In this document: positions 18,362 through 27,845 of the stretch, piece by piece
Layout: every line of letters starts with the position of its first letter
Numbering within the stretch: the stretch's first letter is position 1
IMG/VR virus record: IMGVR_UViG_3300046028_005371
Location: 1-54,960 of that record
DNA length: 54,960 nucleotides
Reading direction: 5' to 3' (one strand)
Origin: a virus
Taxonomy: Duplodnaviria > Caudoviricetes
Translations under genes and position numbers: made by a program
Notes under the pieces: model-generated
What the model saw: only the letters and a program-made list of their open reading frames with translations
Told to the model about the DNA's origin: nothing
Databases searched by the model: none

Positions 18362-19153
18362 TTATTGTGGAACTGATAAATTATAGTTAAAGTGGAAAAT
18401 ACCAATGTGTGCTGTTTCCCTACTTAGTTCCTGATCACACCATATTTGATATCCGGCCTTTTGGGCTTGCTGACAGAAGAAGATATCTTCGCCAATCTCA
18501 AGATTTAATGATGGAATAAATTCTTGCAGATAGTGAGGTTGAGGAATCCGTTCATAGACTTCTCTCTTACATAGTACCATACCGTGCGGTAGTACGTCGA
18601 TTAATTCCATAGGCGGACTTTGATCCGTAGTTTGGAATTCTGTGAATTTACCAGCACTGCCGCTCATGCCGGTAAAGTTAGGGTTGGGAAAACGTCTTCG
18701 ACGATAGTTAGCACCTACAATCTCTTTGCCTCGTGCTAACAATCGCATAGGTGCATCAATTGGAAATTTCATATCACTGTCAACCCACCAAATGTAATCA
18801 AAGTCTGACTTCAAAAAGATGTCAACTAGGTTACGACGAGCAATAGTAATAACACTACCAATATTAAAAGCACAGTTGATCTTAATACCATTAGCAACCA
18901 TATTGGCTGCGGCCATGGCCAAGTGTTGTGCAAATTCAGCATTAACCATTTCCATTGCTGGAACAGCGATCATAACACTTGGTGGTTTTCCATTCTGTGC
19001 CGGTGCCTGTGGAGTAGGCCGAAAGTTAGTTGGCATAGTCTGTCCAGACGCACCTGGACGATTAAATGCCGTCTGCATAGCCGCAGTTGCAGCCGTAGGT
19101 GTTGCAGGGGGAGTAGTCGCCCGACTTGGAATGTTTAGTTTACCTTTTTTCAT
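18362..19153 (-). CDS. GT-A fold glycosyltransferase-like protein
   Basis: IAVPA, ARRNLV, WVDSD (DxD) and GEDIFFC motifs. Confidence 0.8.
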   Translation of the reverse strand: MKKGKLNIPSRATTPPATPTAATAAMQTAFNRPGASGQTMPTNFRPTPQAPAQNGKPPSVMIAVPAMEMVNAEFAQHLAMAAANMVANGIKINCAFNIGSVITIARRNLVDIFLKSDFDYIWWVDSDMKFPIDAPMRLLARGKEIVGANYRRRRFPNPNFTGMSGSAGKFTEFQTTDQSPPMELIDVLPHGMVLCKREVYERIPQPHYLQEFIPSLNLEIGEDIFFCQQAQKAGYQIWCDQELSRETAHIGIFHFNYNLSVPQ

Positions 19154-19214
19154 TTGTTTCCTTTAAAATTATTATACTTGGTAATTGTTGAAAGAGCAAG
19201 AACTGATTTTGCCA

Positions 19215-19952
19215 TTATCTAGGTGCAAATTCTTGTTGCAGTTTAATATTGTCAAAAAACTCTTTTTTGGTATTGCCATCGTCTTTAAACGCACCTTTTA
19301 ATACCGTAGTTTGAGTTAATGAGCTATGTGCCATAATGCCACGATTTTCACAGCATCCGTGTACTGCTTGGATGTATACGCCTAGGTCTTTGGCTCCCGT
19401 AGCCTTTTCGATTTCCCTAGCAATGTCATTACAAAGTTCCTCTTGGAGAGTACCTCTTCTTGCACACCACTGGGCGATGCGTGTGTACTTACTGAGTCCG
19501 ATAAGTTTCTCGGCAGCAATAATGCCAATATAAGCAACACCACTAACGGGTTGGTGATGATGACTACACATACTGCGAAGCTCACTACGTACAACAAGCA
19601 TACCTTCATAACGGTCCGCTGAATCATTTGGAAATGCTGTTGCGTCTGGTGCTGGTTCATATCTTCCTGCCATTATTTCATTGAAGTACATTTTAGCAAG
19701 GCGTCTTGCTGTACCTTTGCTATTAGGATCATTTTCTCTATCTATTAATAGAGTATCTAGCACACCTTCGAATGCCACTGTTGCTTCGTCGATCAGTCTA
19801 GGAATATCTTCCTCACTAACATAGTCGCTGATATTATCTCCAGCCCAAAATCTTTTGCCATTGCGTCTCATTACTGCACCCAAATAGCCATGCATTGAGC
19901 CTTCTTCATAGCCCTTGTCGTCTATGTTGTTTAATGTCACTGGTTCACTCAT
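19215..19952 (-). CDS. folE: GTP cyclohydrolase I
   Basis: TARRLAKM, SMCSHH, IGLSK, LQE and HGC motifs; start at MSEPV after GGAGA. Confidence 0.95.
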   Translation of the reverse strand: MSEPVTLNNIDDKGYEEGSMHGYLGAVMRRNGKRFWAGDNISDYVSEEDIPRLIDEATVAFEGVLDTLLIDRENDPNSKGTARRLAKMYFNEIMAGRYEPAPDATAFPNDSADRYEGMLVVRSELRSMCSHHHQPVSGVAYIGIIAAEKLIGLSKYTRIAQWCARRGTLQEELCNDIAREIEKATGAKDLGVYIQAVHGCCENRGIMAHSSLTQTTVLKGAFKDDGNTKKEFFDNIKLQQEFAPR

Positions 19953-19997
19953 TTTAATTTTCTCCGATGTTAAGGCAGAGGATTGCCACATATTTCT

Positions 19998-20026
19998 ATT
20001 GTACTTTATTTAGATTAAATTGTCAA
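19998..20026 (-). promoter_or_regulatory. Sigma70-type promoter (spacer contains TAAATA)
   Basis: TTGACA-17nt-TACAAT. Confidence 0.75.
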
Positions 20027-20031
20027 CACCA

Positions 20032-21003
20032 TTAATATTTTGTATACCACTGATATGCGCTATCAATGATTGTTCCAATATCGCTGTGTTCTGGTTCCCA
20101 ATCTAAATCTCTTTTAGCTTTTGATGAATCTGCAATTAATATTGCAGGATCACCTGGACGCTTGTTTCCATAATTCAAAAATTTAAATCCATATTTTTCA
20201 CCAACGTAGTCTGCAATTTGTTTATTGCTTATACCCTGTGCAGTTCCTAGATTGAATACATAAAATCCTGGATTGTATTCTAGATAGTTAATAACTTTAA
20301 TGTGCGCCTGTGCTAGATCTAAAACATGGATATAATCTCTAACGCAGGTACCATCTGGAGTATTGTAGTCATCTCCAAACACATTAAAAGCCCTGCCTTT
20401 AATACTAGCTTCTAATGCTCGAGCGATGATATGTGTGCCACCTACTTCTGCACCTAAATCATATTCACCTGGCCAAGCACCTGCCGCATTAAAGTATCTA
20501 AAACAGATGCTATTAATATCGTAGGCGTTGCTGTAATCTCTCAGCATTGTTTCGACTATTAACTTGGTACGACCGTAAGGGCTGATTGGATTGAGAGGAT
20601 GACTTTCAGGAATAGGTAATTCTTGCGGCTCACCGTAGACACTGGCACTGCTACTAAAAAGAATAGTAGGCTTCTTTTTAAAATTTTTAATGTGATTCAA
20701 CAGTTTAATTGTTGAGCTAACATTGTTTTCATAATATTCAGCAGGATCATAGACACTAGGTTCTACTAAACTTGTTCCTGCACAATGTACAATGATATCA
20801 GGAGATAGGTCACTTATTGCACAAAGCCCAACATCACTGGCAAAGTTATTGCAAGTAAATCCGTCTAGTCCCTTCATGGTATGATAGCGATAGACGCGAT
20901 CTATTAAATGGACTTTATTATTGCCATCAGCATACTTAAATGCTCGTGCAATATGACTACCAATGTAGCCACATCCACCTGTAACAATTATAGTTTTACT
21001 CAT
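20032..21003 (-). CDS. galE: UDP-glucose 4-epimerase
   Basis: TGGCGYIGSH, FSSSASVYG, YGRTK, RYFNAAG and DGTCVRDYIHV motifs. Confidence 0.9.
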   Translation of the reverse strand: MSKTIIVTGGCGYIGSHIARAFKYADGNNKVHLIDRVYRYHTMKGLDGFTCNNFASDVGLCAISDLSPDIIVHCAGTSLVEPSVYDPAEYYENNVSSTIKLLNHIKNFKKKPTILFSSSASVYGEPQELPIPESHPLNPISPYGRTKLIVETMLRDYSNAYDINSICFRYFNAAGAWPGEYDLGAEVGGTHIIARALEASIKGRAFNVFGDDYNTPDGTCVRDYIHVLDLAQAHIKVINYLEYNPGFYVFNLGTAQGISNKQIADYVGEKYGFKFLNYGNKRPGDPAILIADSSKAKRDLDWEPEHSDIGTIIDSAYQWYTKY

Positions 21004-21803
21004 GATAATCGAAGTAACAAATTCTTCTTTAGTGCCGCTTCAAGAACCTGCATAGTAACACCTAGATCTTTTGATAATGATAACAGTGCTTCAGTGTCCT
21101 TGGGCAAACAATGCCCGCCAAATCCAAATGTACCATCTGAACCCGGAACCCTCATATGGCTACTTCCGATACGTTTGTCTAAACTAACCATTGTAGCAAT
21201 GGCATTATAATCTAATCCGGCAGCTACTGCTACTCCACGGAGCTCATTCATGAATACAACTTTAGTGGCTAGAAAACTGTTTATAGCATATTTGGTTAAT
21301 GCGGCTTCACCAATATCACAATGTACAACAGTTTTTAAATTTTGTTGACTAATCTTAGTAAACCGTTCAGCTTCATTCATGTAGGCTTTGATACTGCCTC
21401 CTATGATAGCAAACTCGCCGTTGCGATAATCTCGCATAGCATCTGCGGCTGTAAGGAATTCGGGTACATGAACTAGGTTCGGATGCCGCTCATTTAACTT
21501 TTGGTATACGCTTGGAGGAGCCGTGCATTTGCTAATAATAACTCCGGTATACTTAATTTTATGTAACCTGGCTAGTACATCTTCTAGAATAGATGTATCA
21601 CAATTTCCATTGTTACTTCGTGGAGTAGGAACACAGACAAATACAGCCTCTGCTCCTGCAAGATCATTGTAGGTAGAGTTGTGACCTTTATCGGGATCTA
21701 TAATTATTAAATCTATAAATCTATCGGATAAAGAATTAAGTATTGCAGACCCTACAAACCCTAATCCAACAATTCCAATTCTAACCTCAAGAAATGAGTT
21801 CAC
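21000..21803 (-). CDS. ugd: UDP-glucose/GDP-mannose dehydrogenase family (lacks C-terminal domain)
   Basis: GLGFVG, CVPTP, PEFL, NSFLATKV and FGGHCLPKD motifs. Confidence 0.85.
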   Translation of the reverse strand: MNSFLEVRIGIVGLGFVGSAILNSLSDRFIDLIIIDPDKGHNSTYNDLAGAEAVFVCVPTPRSNNGNCDTSILEDVLARLHKIKYTGVIISKCTAPPSVYQKLNERHPNLVHVPEFLTAADAMRDYRNGEFAIIGGSIKAYMNEAERFTKISQQNLKTVVHCDIGEAALTKYAINSFLATKVVFMNELRGVAVAAGLDYNAIATMVSLDKRIGSSHMRVPGSDGTFGFGGHCLPKDTEALLSLSKDLGVTMQVLEAALKKNLLLRLS

Positions 21804-22389
21804 GCTCTACAATCTCTTTAACAACTTCGGTGTCCATCCAGCTTATTTCTGATCCTTCACCCCAACTGGGTTTCATTGTTTGTTGAAAGTGATTTGCTTT
21901 TGCAACAGCCTCTTCAAGAGAATTTGCTTCGACGTCGAATGTGTATCTGACATCAAGTTTTACTGTATATTGTTTCATAGTGGCCTCATTGGTTTGGTTG
22001 GTAGAGAAATATTCTTTAAAGTCTATAACAGGAAGATTAATATAATCAAGATTTACAATGTCTTCTATGTACTCGAGCATAAGTTCTTCAGTGAGTACAT
22101 TGGTATATGTAACATCGTCCCAGGCAATGTTCCATTCATCTCCTGATTCTTCACAATAGGATTTTTTATAATCTGGATGAATCCATTGAAATGCCATTGG
22201 GTGATTAGGAACTTCTGTACCTAGATACACTACTTCATTGGTATCATTCTTATAGATACAATGGCCACATGGATTATCATTTTGATCTTTAAATGTAATA
22301 TGTGACGAATCACTAAAAGTTTTAAAACCCCAGTCGTCTCCTGTGGTAAATTTGTGATCAATTACTTCAAGTACTGATTTAAGATTCAT
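21787..22389 (-). CDS. Hypothetical protein, partly similar to 7323-7895
   Basis: Shared patterns D..(I/F)T.G.D.G and AWDDV.Y. Confidence 0.6.
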   Translation of the reverse strand: MNLKSVLEVIDHKFTTGDDWGFKTFSDSSHITFKDQNDNPCGHCIYKNDTNEVVYLGTEVPNHPMAFQWIHPDYKKSYCEESGDEWNIAWDDVTYTNVLTEELMLEYIEDIVNLDYINLPVIDFKEYFSTNQTNEATMKQYTVKLDVRYTFDVEANSLEEAVAKANHFQQTMKPSWGEGSEISWMDTEVVKEIVERELIS

Positions 22390-22613
22390 TTAGTTAGTCC
22401 TGCAAAAATAAGTTCACGCTCTGTAACACGAGCCACGGGTTGTAACCATCCATTTTTTATAGCTTCCATAATCATTAATTTATATTGTCTCGGACAATCA
22501 TTGCTAATTTCAAATCCTGCTCGAGGAGCGATTGTTATTCCGTCTTGAATTGTAAAATTAGGATCTTCCTGCCTAATAGTATGTATTTGACTGCGGTGAA
22601 TAGTGTAGCTCAT
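22386..22613 (-). CDS. Hypothetical phage protein
   Basis: PRAGFEI...CP...GWLQPVA. Confidence 0.65.
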   Translation of the reverse strand: MSYTIHRSQIHTIRQEDPNFTIQDGITIAPRAGFEISNDCPRQYKLMIMEAIKNGWLQPVARVTERELIFAGLTK

Positions 22614-22619
22614 TCTACT

Positions 22620-22648
22620 AGTATAGCAGAATGTTAGGCAGTTGTCAA
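22620..22648 (-). promoter_or_regulatory. Sigma70-type promoter
   Basis: TTGACA-17nt-TATACT. Confidence 0.75.
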
Positions 22649-23383
22649 CTACCAGTTAATCCAATCTTTGTTTCTATATGGCTTGCCGACTTCAGCGGCC
22701 GGAAGATATCGGACAACTTTCTTTTTGACACGCTGTATTATTGGATGATTGTGATCATGTTCAAATGCTTTAAGATACATACGCCAAGAGTTAGGGCGTC
22801 TTTTCTTGCTCTTTTGATTTTCGTTGAGATAGTTAACAACCTGGACGTTATTCTTACCAAACTTATTCATAAGTTCGCAGGCAATATTAAATCCGTAGGC
22901 ATCTATTTCATCTGAGCAACCTAAATACTCTTGCTCTTCCCTAAGCTCACTCTTTTCAGCATTACTGGCATAATCTGGAAGTTGTTTAAAGTTTCTTCTT
23001 CTAAACTGGCGCATGTGGATAATTTCATGTAGCAGGGTGTCTGCTATAGTTGTACACATACTAGCAAATCTTTTAGAGGTTAAATTTATTATTTTTTCAT
23101 CAGCACGGTATTGGAATAACACTTCGATGCACTTTTTATAATCTGCATCGTAGGCACTATGATAGCAACCACCAACATATACAAATCCCTGATCTACTTT
23201 TGGACTAAATTCTTTACGTACCCTAACAGGTAAGTGTTTTTTTAGTAATGTAGTTATTTTTTTATGGAATTGCTCTACAGTAAGCGATTGCTTTACTATT
23301 TCGGGCGCCAGGGTACTTATCAGCATGATTATGCTGTTTCGATTTAACACAGACCAGTCAAAGTTTTCTGTTGAAGTAGCCAT
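22649..23383 (-). CDS. HEXXH zinc metallopeptidase-like protein
   Basis: HEIIHMRQ...YLGCSDEIDAY. Confidence 0.7.
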   Translation of the reverse strand: MATSTENFDWSVLNRNSIIMLISTLAPEIVKQSLTVEQFHKKITTLLKKHLPVRVRKEFSPKVDQGFVYVGGCYHSAYDADYKKCIEVLFQYRADEKIINLTSKRFASMCTTIADTLLHEIIHMRQFRRRNFKQLPDYASNAEKSELREEQEYLGCSDEIDAYGFNIACELMNKFGKNNVQVVNYLNENQKSKKRRPNSWRMYLKAFEHDHNHPIIQRVKKKVVRYLPAAEVGKPYRNKDWINW

Positions 23384-23524
23384 TTTCCATCCAGAGTATA
23401 CTAGTAATTATCACTTGTACGCCTTTATTATATAGTAATTTAATTTTTAAATAAACAATTAATTTTGTCAAAGATGGCTTTACAAATCTGTTATGTAAAA
23501 TTATTTATGTCTGCATTTAACTCT

Positions 23525-23532
23525 TATAAATA
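23525..23532 (+). promoter_or_regulatory. T4-type late promoter heading the modification island
   Basis: Exact TATAAATA ending 4 nt before the ATG at 23537. Confidence 0.55.
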
Positions 23533-23536
23533 TAGG

Positions 23537-24073
23537 ATGGTATTGCATTCGATAAACGATCTATCAAATCAACATGTAGTTGAGATGTTAAAAAATAATT
23601 TAAGTTTAATTAAAGATCCTACAATAATTAGCAATTATCATCCAGATTATACCAGCACCCCGGGCAATCTTTTTTATATTTTGAATGAAGGTAGGTATCA
23701 AATTGGTAACTATTTTGTAATAGAGGAAGCTGGGGAATATATTGCAAGTGCAGGTTGGAATGAATATGAACTCGATAACGATATAGCGTTGATGTTGACA
23801 CGTATGTATACTGCACCTAAATTTAGGATGAATTACCATGTTGGTAATAACATTTTGCCAATTGCGTTAGGAGAAGTTACAAATTATGAAAAAATATGGA
23901 TAACATGCAATGAGCATAATAGAGCAATCTATGATTGGTTTTCTAGGGTAGAGCATGGTAGACGAGGGGGGTTATTTAATGATTGGCCCGAATTGTATAG
24001 AAGATTTAAACCTATAGGTAAGAAAAATGTCTACTATACTGAACAATATGTAGCAGAGTATAAGAGGACATAA
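23537..24073 (+). CDS. GNAT-fold acyltransferase-like protein
   Basis: YIASAGW, LTRMYTAPKFR and ITCNEHN patterns. Confidence 0.6.
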   Translation: MVLHSINDLSNQHVVEMLKNNLSLIKDPTIISNYHPDYTSTPGNLFYILNEGRYQIGNYFVIEEAGEYIASAGWNEYELDNDIALMLTRMYTAPKFRMNYHVGNNILPIALGEVTNYEKIWITCNEHNRAIYDWFSRVEHGRRGGLFNDWPELYRRFKPIGKKNVYYTEQYVAEYKRT

Positions 24074-24298
24074 ATGAACAGAACAGAAAAATTAAATTTT
24101 TTAATTAATAAAATTAAAAAAATGCATCCAACAACTACAGAAATTGATGAAGATACAGTACTAAGAGAGATAGGACTGGATAGCTTAGATATTGTAGAAT
24201 TACAATTGTATTATGAAGAAGAAACTAATGAGGAAATTCCTGACCCTGAATTTCCTATTGTCACTGTAAAAGATCTTATTAATGTAATATGTCAATAA
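24074..24298 (+). CDS. Acyl carrier protein
   Basis: LREIGLDSLDIVEL phosphopantetheine site; IPD and TVKDL. Confidence 0.85.
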   Translation: MNRTEKLNFLINKIKKMHPTTTEIDEDTVLREIGLDSLDIVELQLYYEEETNEEIPDPEFPIVTVKDLINVICQ

Positions 24299-25230
24299 AC
24301 TTTACTCAAAATAATCATTTAACTTATACAATAGGTGACAGATTATTCGGTTTCAGAGAAACTCCGTACGAACATTATAAAGTATCAGTAGGCGCAATAG
24401 ATCAAGATTACTATAGAACAAGCAATTGGTTAACTGAACAATACAGAACGGCTGATATCATTTACAAAGAATTTGGCAAAGATTTAATTGTTATGTTTAG
24501 TGGCGGCACTGATAGTGAGATTGTTCTAAGAGCCTTTAAACATATAGGTATTATACCTAGAGCAGCATTTATTAAATTTAAAAATGATTACAATATACAA
24601 GACTATGAGATAGCAAAAACTATAACAAATGAGTTAGACATTGATTTAGAAGTAATCGAGTTTGATGTAAAAGAATTTTATAGAAGTGGTGAAGCGGCTG
24701 ATTTTGCGACAATACTTCAATGTCGACAAATTGCTTATCTAACAGTTTATTATAACATATTAAAAATGCAGGCACCTGCAGTCATGGGCGGAGAAATGTT
24801 ACTAAAACGGCATGTGGACCATAGTGAAAGTAAATGGTACTATTGTATTCGAGAAAATGAAGATGCCAGTGCAATGAGATTTAGTTTGAAATACAATATT
24901 CCATTAGTAAACGAATGGTTTAGTTACACCCCAGAAATGATAGGATACTATTTAGAAGATCCGGAAATTCAACGATTAATTACTGAAAGATACAATTATA
25001 AACTATCAAGTGTGAGTTCTAAAAATGAAATATTGCAAAGATTGTTTCCTAATATTATAGATAAAGTAAAGACACACGGATACGAACAACTAATGGGATT
25101 CAATGGGGAAGCATATAGAGAGTTATATCTAACTCATCCTAAGCGATTAGCGCCTAGTTTAGATGGTATTTTTATTGATGATTTAAAATTTCAATTATAC
25201 GGGAAAGATTATGACAGTGGTAAAACTTAA
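24289..25230 (+). CDS. PP-loop (adenine nucleotide alpha-hydrolase) ATPase, asparagine-synthase-like
   Basis: VMFSGGTDSEI; MGGE; KTHGYE. Confidence 0.7.
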   Translation: MSINFTQNNHLTYTIGDRLFGFRETPYEHYKVSVGAIDQDYYRTSNWLTEQYRTADIIYKEFGKDLIVMFSGGTDSEIVLRAFKHIGIIPRAAFIKFKNDYNIQDYEIAKTITNELDIDLEVIEFDVKEFYRSGEAADFATILQCRQIAYLTVYYNILKMQAPAVMGGEMLLKRHVDHSESKWYYCIRENEDASAMRFSLKYNIPLVNEWFSYTPEMIGYYLEDPEIQRLITERYNYKLSSVSSKNEILQRLFPNIIDKVKTHGYEQLMGFNGEAYRELYLTHPKRLAPSLDGIFIDDLKFQLYGKDYDSGKT

Positions 25231-25810
25231 TAGTTCACACACAGAAGCAGTTAAGCAATTGTTTACAACTAAAAAATATATGGGAGTACACGTAACTGAC
25301 GCGAGCTTTACACAAGATCAACCAACGTTAAATTTTAACAAATTAGTATACGATATTTTTTGTTCAAATTATCTAAGTGATCTAACTAATTTTCATGCCT
25401 ACGGTTATTTGGAAGACGGCGTTGTTAAAGCATTAATTTCTTTTTATGAGAGCAACGAAGAGCCGTCTTGGTTCTATACCATTTATCGAAGTAGCGGAAA
25501 CAACAATCTGCTGAGATATGTTCTAGATGAAGTAATTAAACATAACGAAGAACGCGGCAGATTAAAATTTTATACGCTAACCAGTGCTACACATACTAGG
25601 TTGTTACGCAGATTTCATTGGAGTAAATACAATAACGAGCGGTACGGATACTTTGACGAATTTTTAGTGCCAGCTAGAAATAAATGTTTCTATATCAACC
25701 CTTGGGAATTATTATATAAAAGATTCTTAGTTCCTGAAGATTCTATAGTGAGATGCAATTATCTAAAACAAGAATATAGAACTACATTACCTATTGGAGG
25801 AAACATATGA
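25211..25810 (+). CDS. Hypothetical protein, possible degenerate GNAT fold
   Basis: AYGYLEDGVVKALI hairpin; LLRYVLDEVIKH helix. Confidence 0.5.
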   Translation: MTVVKLNSSHTEAVKQLFTTKKYMGVHVTDASFTQDQPTLNFNKLVYDIFCSNYLSDLTNFHAYGYLEDGVVKALISFYESNEEPSWFYTIYRSSGNNNLLRYVLDEVIKHNEERGRLKFYTLTSATHTRLLRRFHWSKYNNERYGYFDEFLVPARNKCFYINPWELLYKRFLVPEDSIVRCNYLKQEYRTTLPIGGNI

Positions 25811-26601
25811 ATTACTTAACTACTATACCAAAATCTTTTTGGTTTCAATTCTTGCCAGCATGGATCTTTGGATGTACTGCAATTATACTATTATTTGTAG
25901 GCATTATTCCTGCATATTATCTTATTGCTACGTTCATTATGTGGATATTGGTATGTGGGTTAGGTATTGCAGTAGGGTATCATAGAGTATTCAGTCATAG
26001 AACACATCAACTTTCTACATGGAAAGAAAATATTATTTTATTTCTTGCAACATTTGCAGGCCAAGGCGGCAGTATATTTTGGGCAGCTATGCATAGGGGC
26101 TATCATCATCCACATAGTGACACTATAAAAGATTTACATAGTCCCGTGGCATACGATAAAAAAACTGCGTTTGTTGGATGGTATTTTAAAGTTACAGAAG
26201 CATCAAATCCTATCAATATAAAGTATGCTGTTGATTTATTAAAGAAACCTAATCATGTATTTTTTCATAAGCATAGTATAAAAATTCTTTGGGGAATTCC
26301 TTTGCTAGTAGCAATGTTTGATTGGAAACTTGCATTAACTGCATTTTGGTTAGTAACGCTAATAGGATCTACTCAAGATAATTTAGTTAATGTATTTGGT
26401 CATGTAAAAGGTTGGCTCGGCTATAGAAACTTTGAAACCAAGGATAATTCTCAGAATAATATCATCTTGGGATATCTAGCTTGGGGTCAAGGGTGGCACA
26501 ACAATCATCATTACGCACCGGCATCATATGATTTTGGTAAAGGTGTTAGCGGCAAATGGTGGGAATGGGACCCTTGTAATATTTTTAAGGTACTGCTATG
26601 A
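25807..26601 (+). CDS. Membrane fatty-acid desaturase (delta-9-like)
   Basis: His boxes HRVFSH, HRGYHH, HNNHH; WWEWDP; TM helices. Confidence 0.92.
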   Translation: MNYLTTIPKSFWFQFLPAWIFGCTAIILLFVGIIPAYYLIATFIMWILVCGLGIAVGYHRVFSHRTHQLSTWKENIILFLATFAGQGGSIFWAAMHRGYHHPHSDTIKDLHSPVAYDKKTAFVGWYFKVTEASNPINIKYAVDLLKKPNHVFFHKHSIKILWGIPLLVAMFDWKLALTAFWLVTLIGSTQDNLVNVFGHVKGWLGYRNFETKDNSQNNIILGYLAWGQGWHNNHHYAPASYDFGKGVSGKWWEWDPCNIFKVLL

Positions 26602-27194
26602 ATAAAAATGATTTGCTTTGCCATATTGGACAAAACTTTAAAGTTGATTGGGATGTTGAAGGAGTTTTAAAAAAACTTGACCGGTATGTAGTCGATGAAC
26701 CAACAAATGATTTGAAAGAACATCATCCATTAAGAAATATAGACTATCCTTGTTTCCAAAAATATCCAAGTGGAGTAGCAGTCACTCATAATTTTTCTAA
26801 ATTCTTCTTAGAAGAATGCATTAACCTGTGTGATAATTTAACTGAACTACAACGTAATATTAAAGATCAACCTATAAACTCTACTATGTTTAAACAATTT
26901 ATCACAGTTTCTTTTCACCCCAGATTTGTGAGATTGATAGAATGTAATAACCCTATAATACCCCATACAGATTTAAGAGAATATGCACTTAATATAGGTT
27001 TAAAAAACACATCTAACGGAATAACAAACGTCAGTGAATCAAAAGATAAAAAAAATGTTAAGGGTGTACCTTCTTATGAATTTCAGATGAATGATGGGGA
27101 TGTAGTAATGTTAAATACTCACCACGCTCATTGGGTTAATTTAATAGATACTAATGTCAAGCGATATATTATATCATATAATTTAAAAACCTAA
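26598..27194 (+). CDS. 2OG-Fe(II)/cupin oxygenase-like protein
   Basis: PHTD...ALNI...LNTHHAHWV...R. Confidence 0.65.
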   Translation: MNKNDLLCHIGQNFKVDWDVEGVLKKLDRYVVDEPTNDLKEHHPLRNIDYPCFQKYPSGVAVTHNFSKFFLEECINLCDNLTELQRNIKDQPINSTMFKQFITVSFHPRFVRLIECNNPIIPHTDLREYALNIGLKNTSNGITNVSESKDKKNVKGVPSYEFQMNDGDVVMLNTHHAHWVNLIDTNVKRYIISYNLKT

Positions 27195-27251
27195 TAGTAT
27201 GCCAATTTGTTTATCTGCATTGTGTCATAATTACACGGGGTAAATATAATC

Positions 27252-27842
27252 ATGGACGCACAACACACTTTAAAATTTTGGGACACACACGGCGGATATG
27301 TTGCAGGACAACCTAATAAGACTGAATTATTAGAAGTAGTTGTGGATTATAAAGATAGCTACGCTGAAATAATCGATAATAAAAATAATTTTACAGCGCA
27401 CTCATATAATCCTGTTTATGTCACTACTGGCCCTCTTAGGGAATGCATAACTGCTCACTTAATAAATGATTCAAAAACTCAGTTAGAAGCGGATAATAAA
27501 TTTTCAAAAACTTTTCTACTACTAGACAAATTGAAACAAATAGTTGATCCAAGCAATAATAAAAAATTAACAAGGGCGTATGTTACTTGTTTAGAATCAG
27601 GTAAGCAAATTTATGCTCATTCTGATACAAAAGGATCTTACTGGGATGCAATAAATCGTTATCAATTTTACTTTACTGGAAACGATGACATGGAGCAGAT
27701 AATAAACGATACGTTGTTCTTAATTAGACCAGGCTATCTTTATTATTTTGATCACAAACAAATACATTCATATCACAATAACAGTTCTCAAGATTTGTTT
27801 TTAATGGTGTTTGATGTAGAAAAAAATACTATAGAAAGATAA
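27252..27842 (+). CDS. Aspartyl/asparaginyl beta-hydroxylase-like 2OG-Fe(II) oxygenase
   Basis: IYAHSD...GYLYYFDHKQIHSYHN...MVFD. Confidence 0.72.
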   Translation: MDAQHTLKFWDTHGGYVAGQPNKTELLEVVVDYKDSYAEIIDNKNNFTAHSYNPVYVTTGPLRECITAHLINDSKTQLEADNKFSKTFLLLDKLKQIVDPSNNKKLTRAYVTCLESGKQIYAHSDTKGSYWDAINRYQFYFTGNDDMEQIINDTLFLIRPGYLYYFDHKQIHSYHNNSSQDLFLMVFDVEKNTIER

Positions 27843-27845
27843 ATT

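Noticed and set aside
1125-22915. Short antisense ORFs inside clear genes (for example 1125-1415, 2123-2368, 2961-3323, 6509-6877, 18819-19166, 22631-22915)
   Set aside because: Shadow frames opposite well-supported CDSs, without recognisable motifs.
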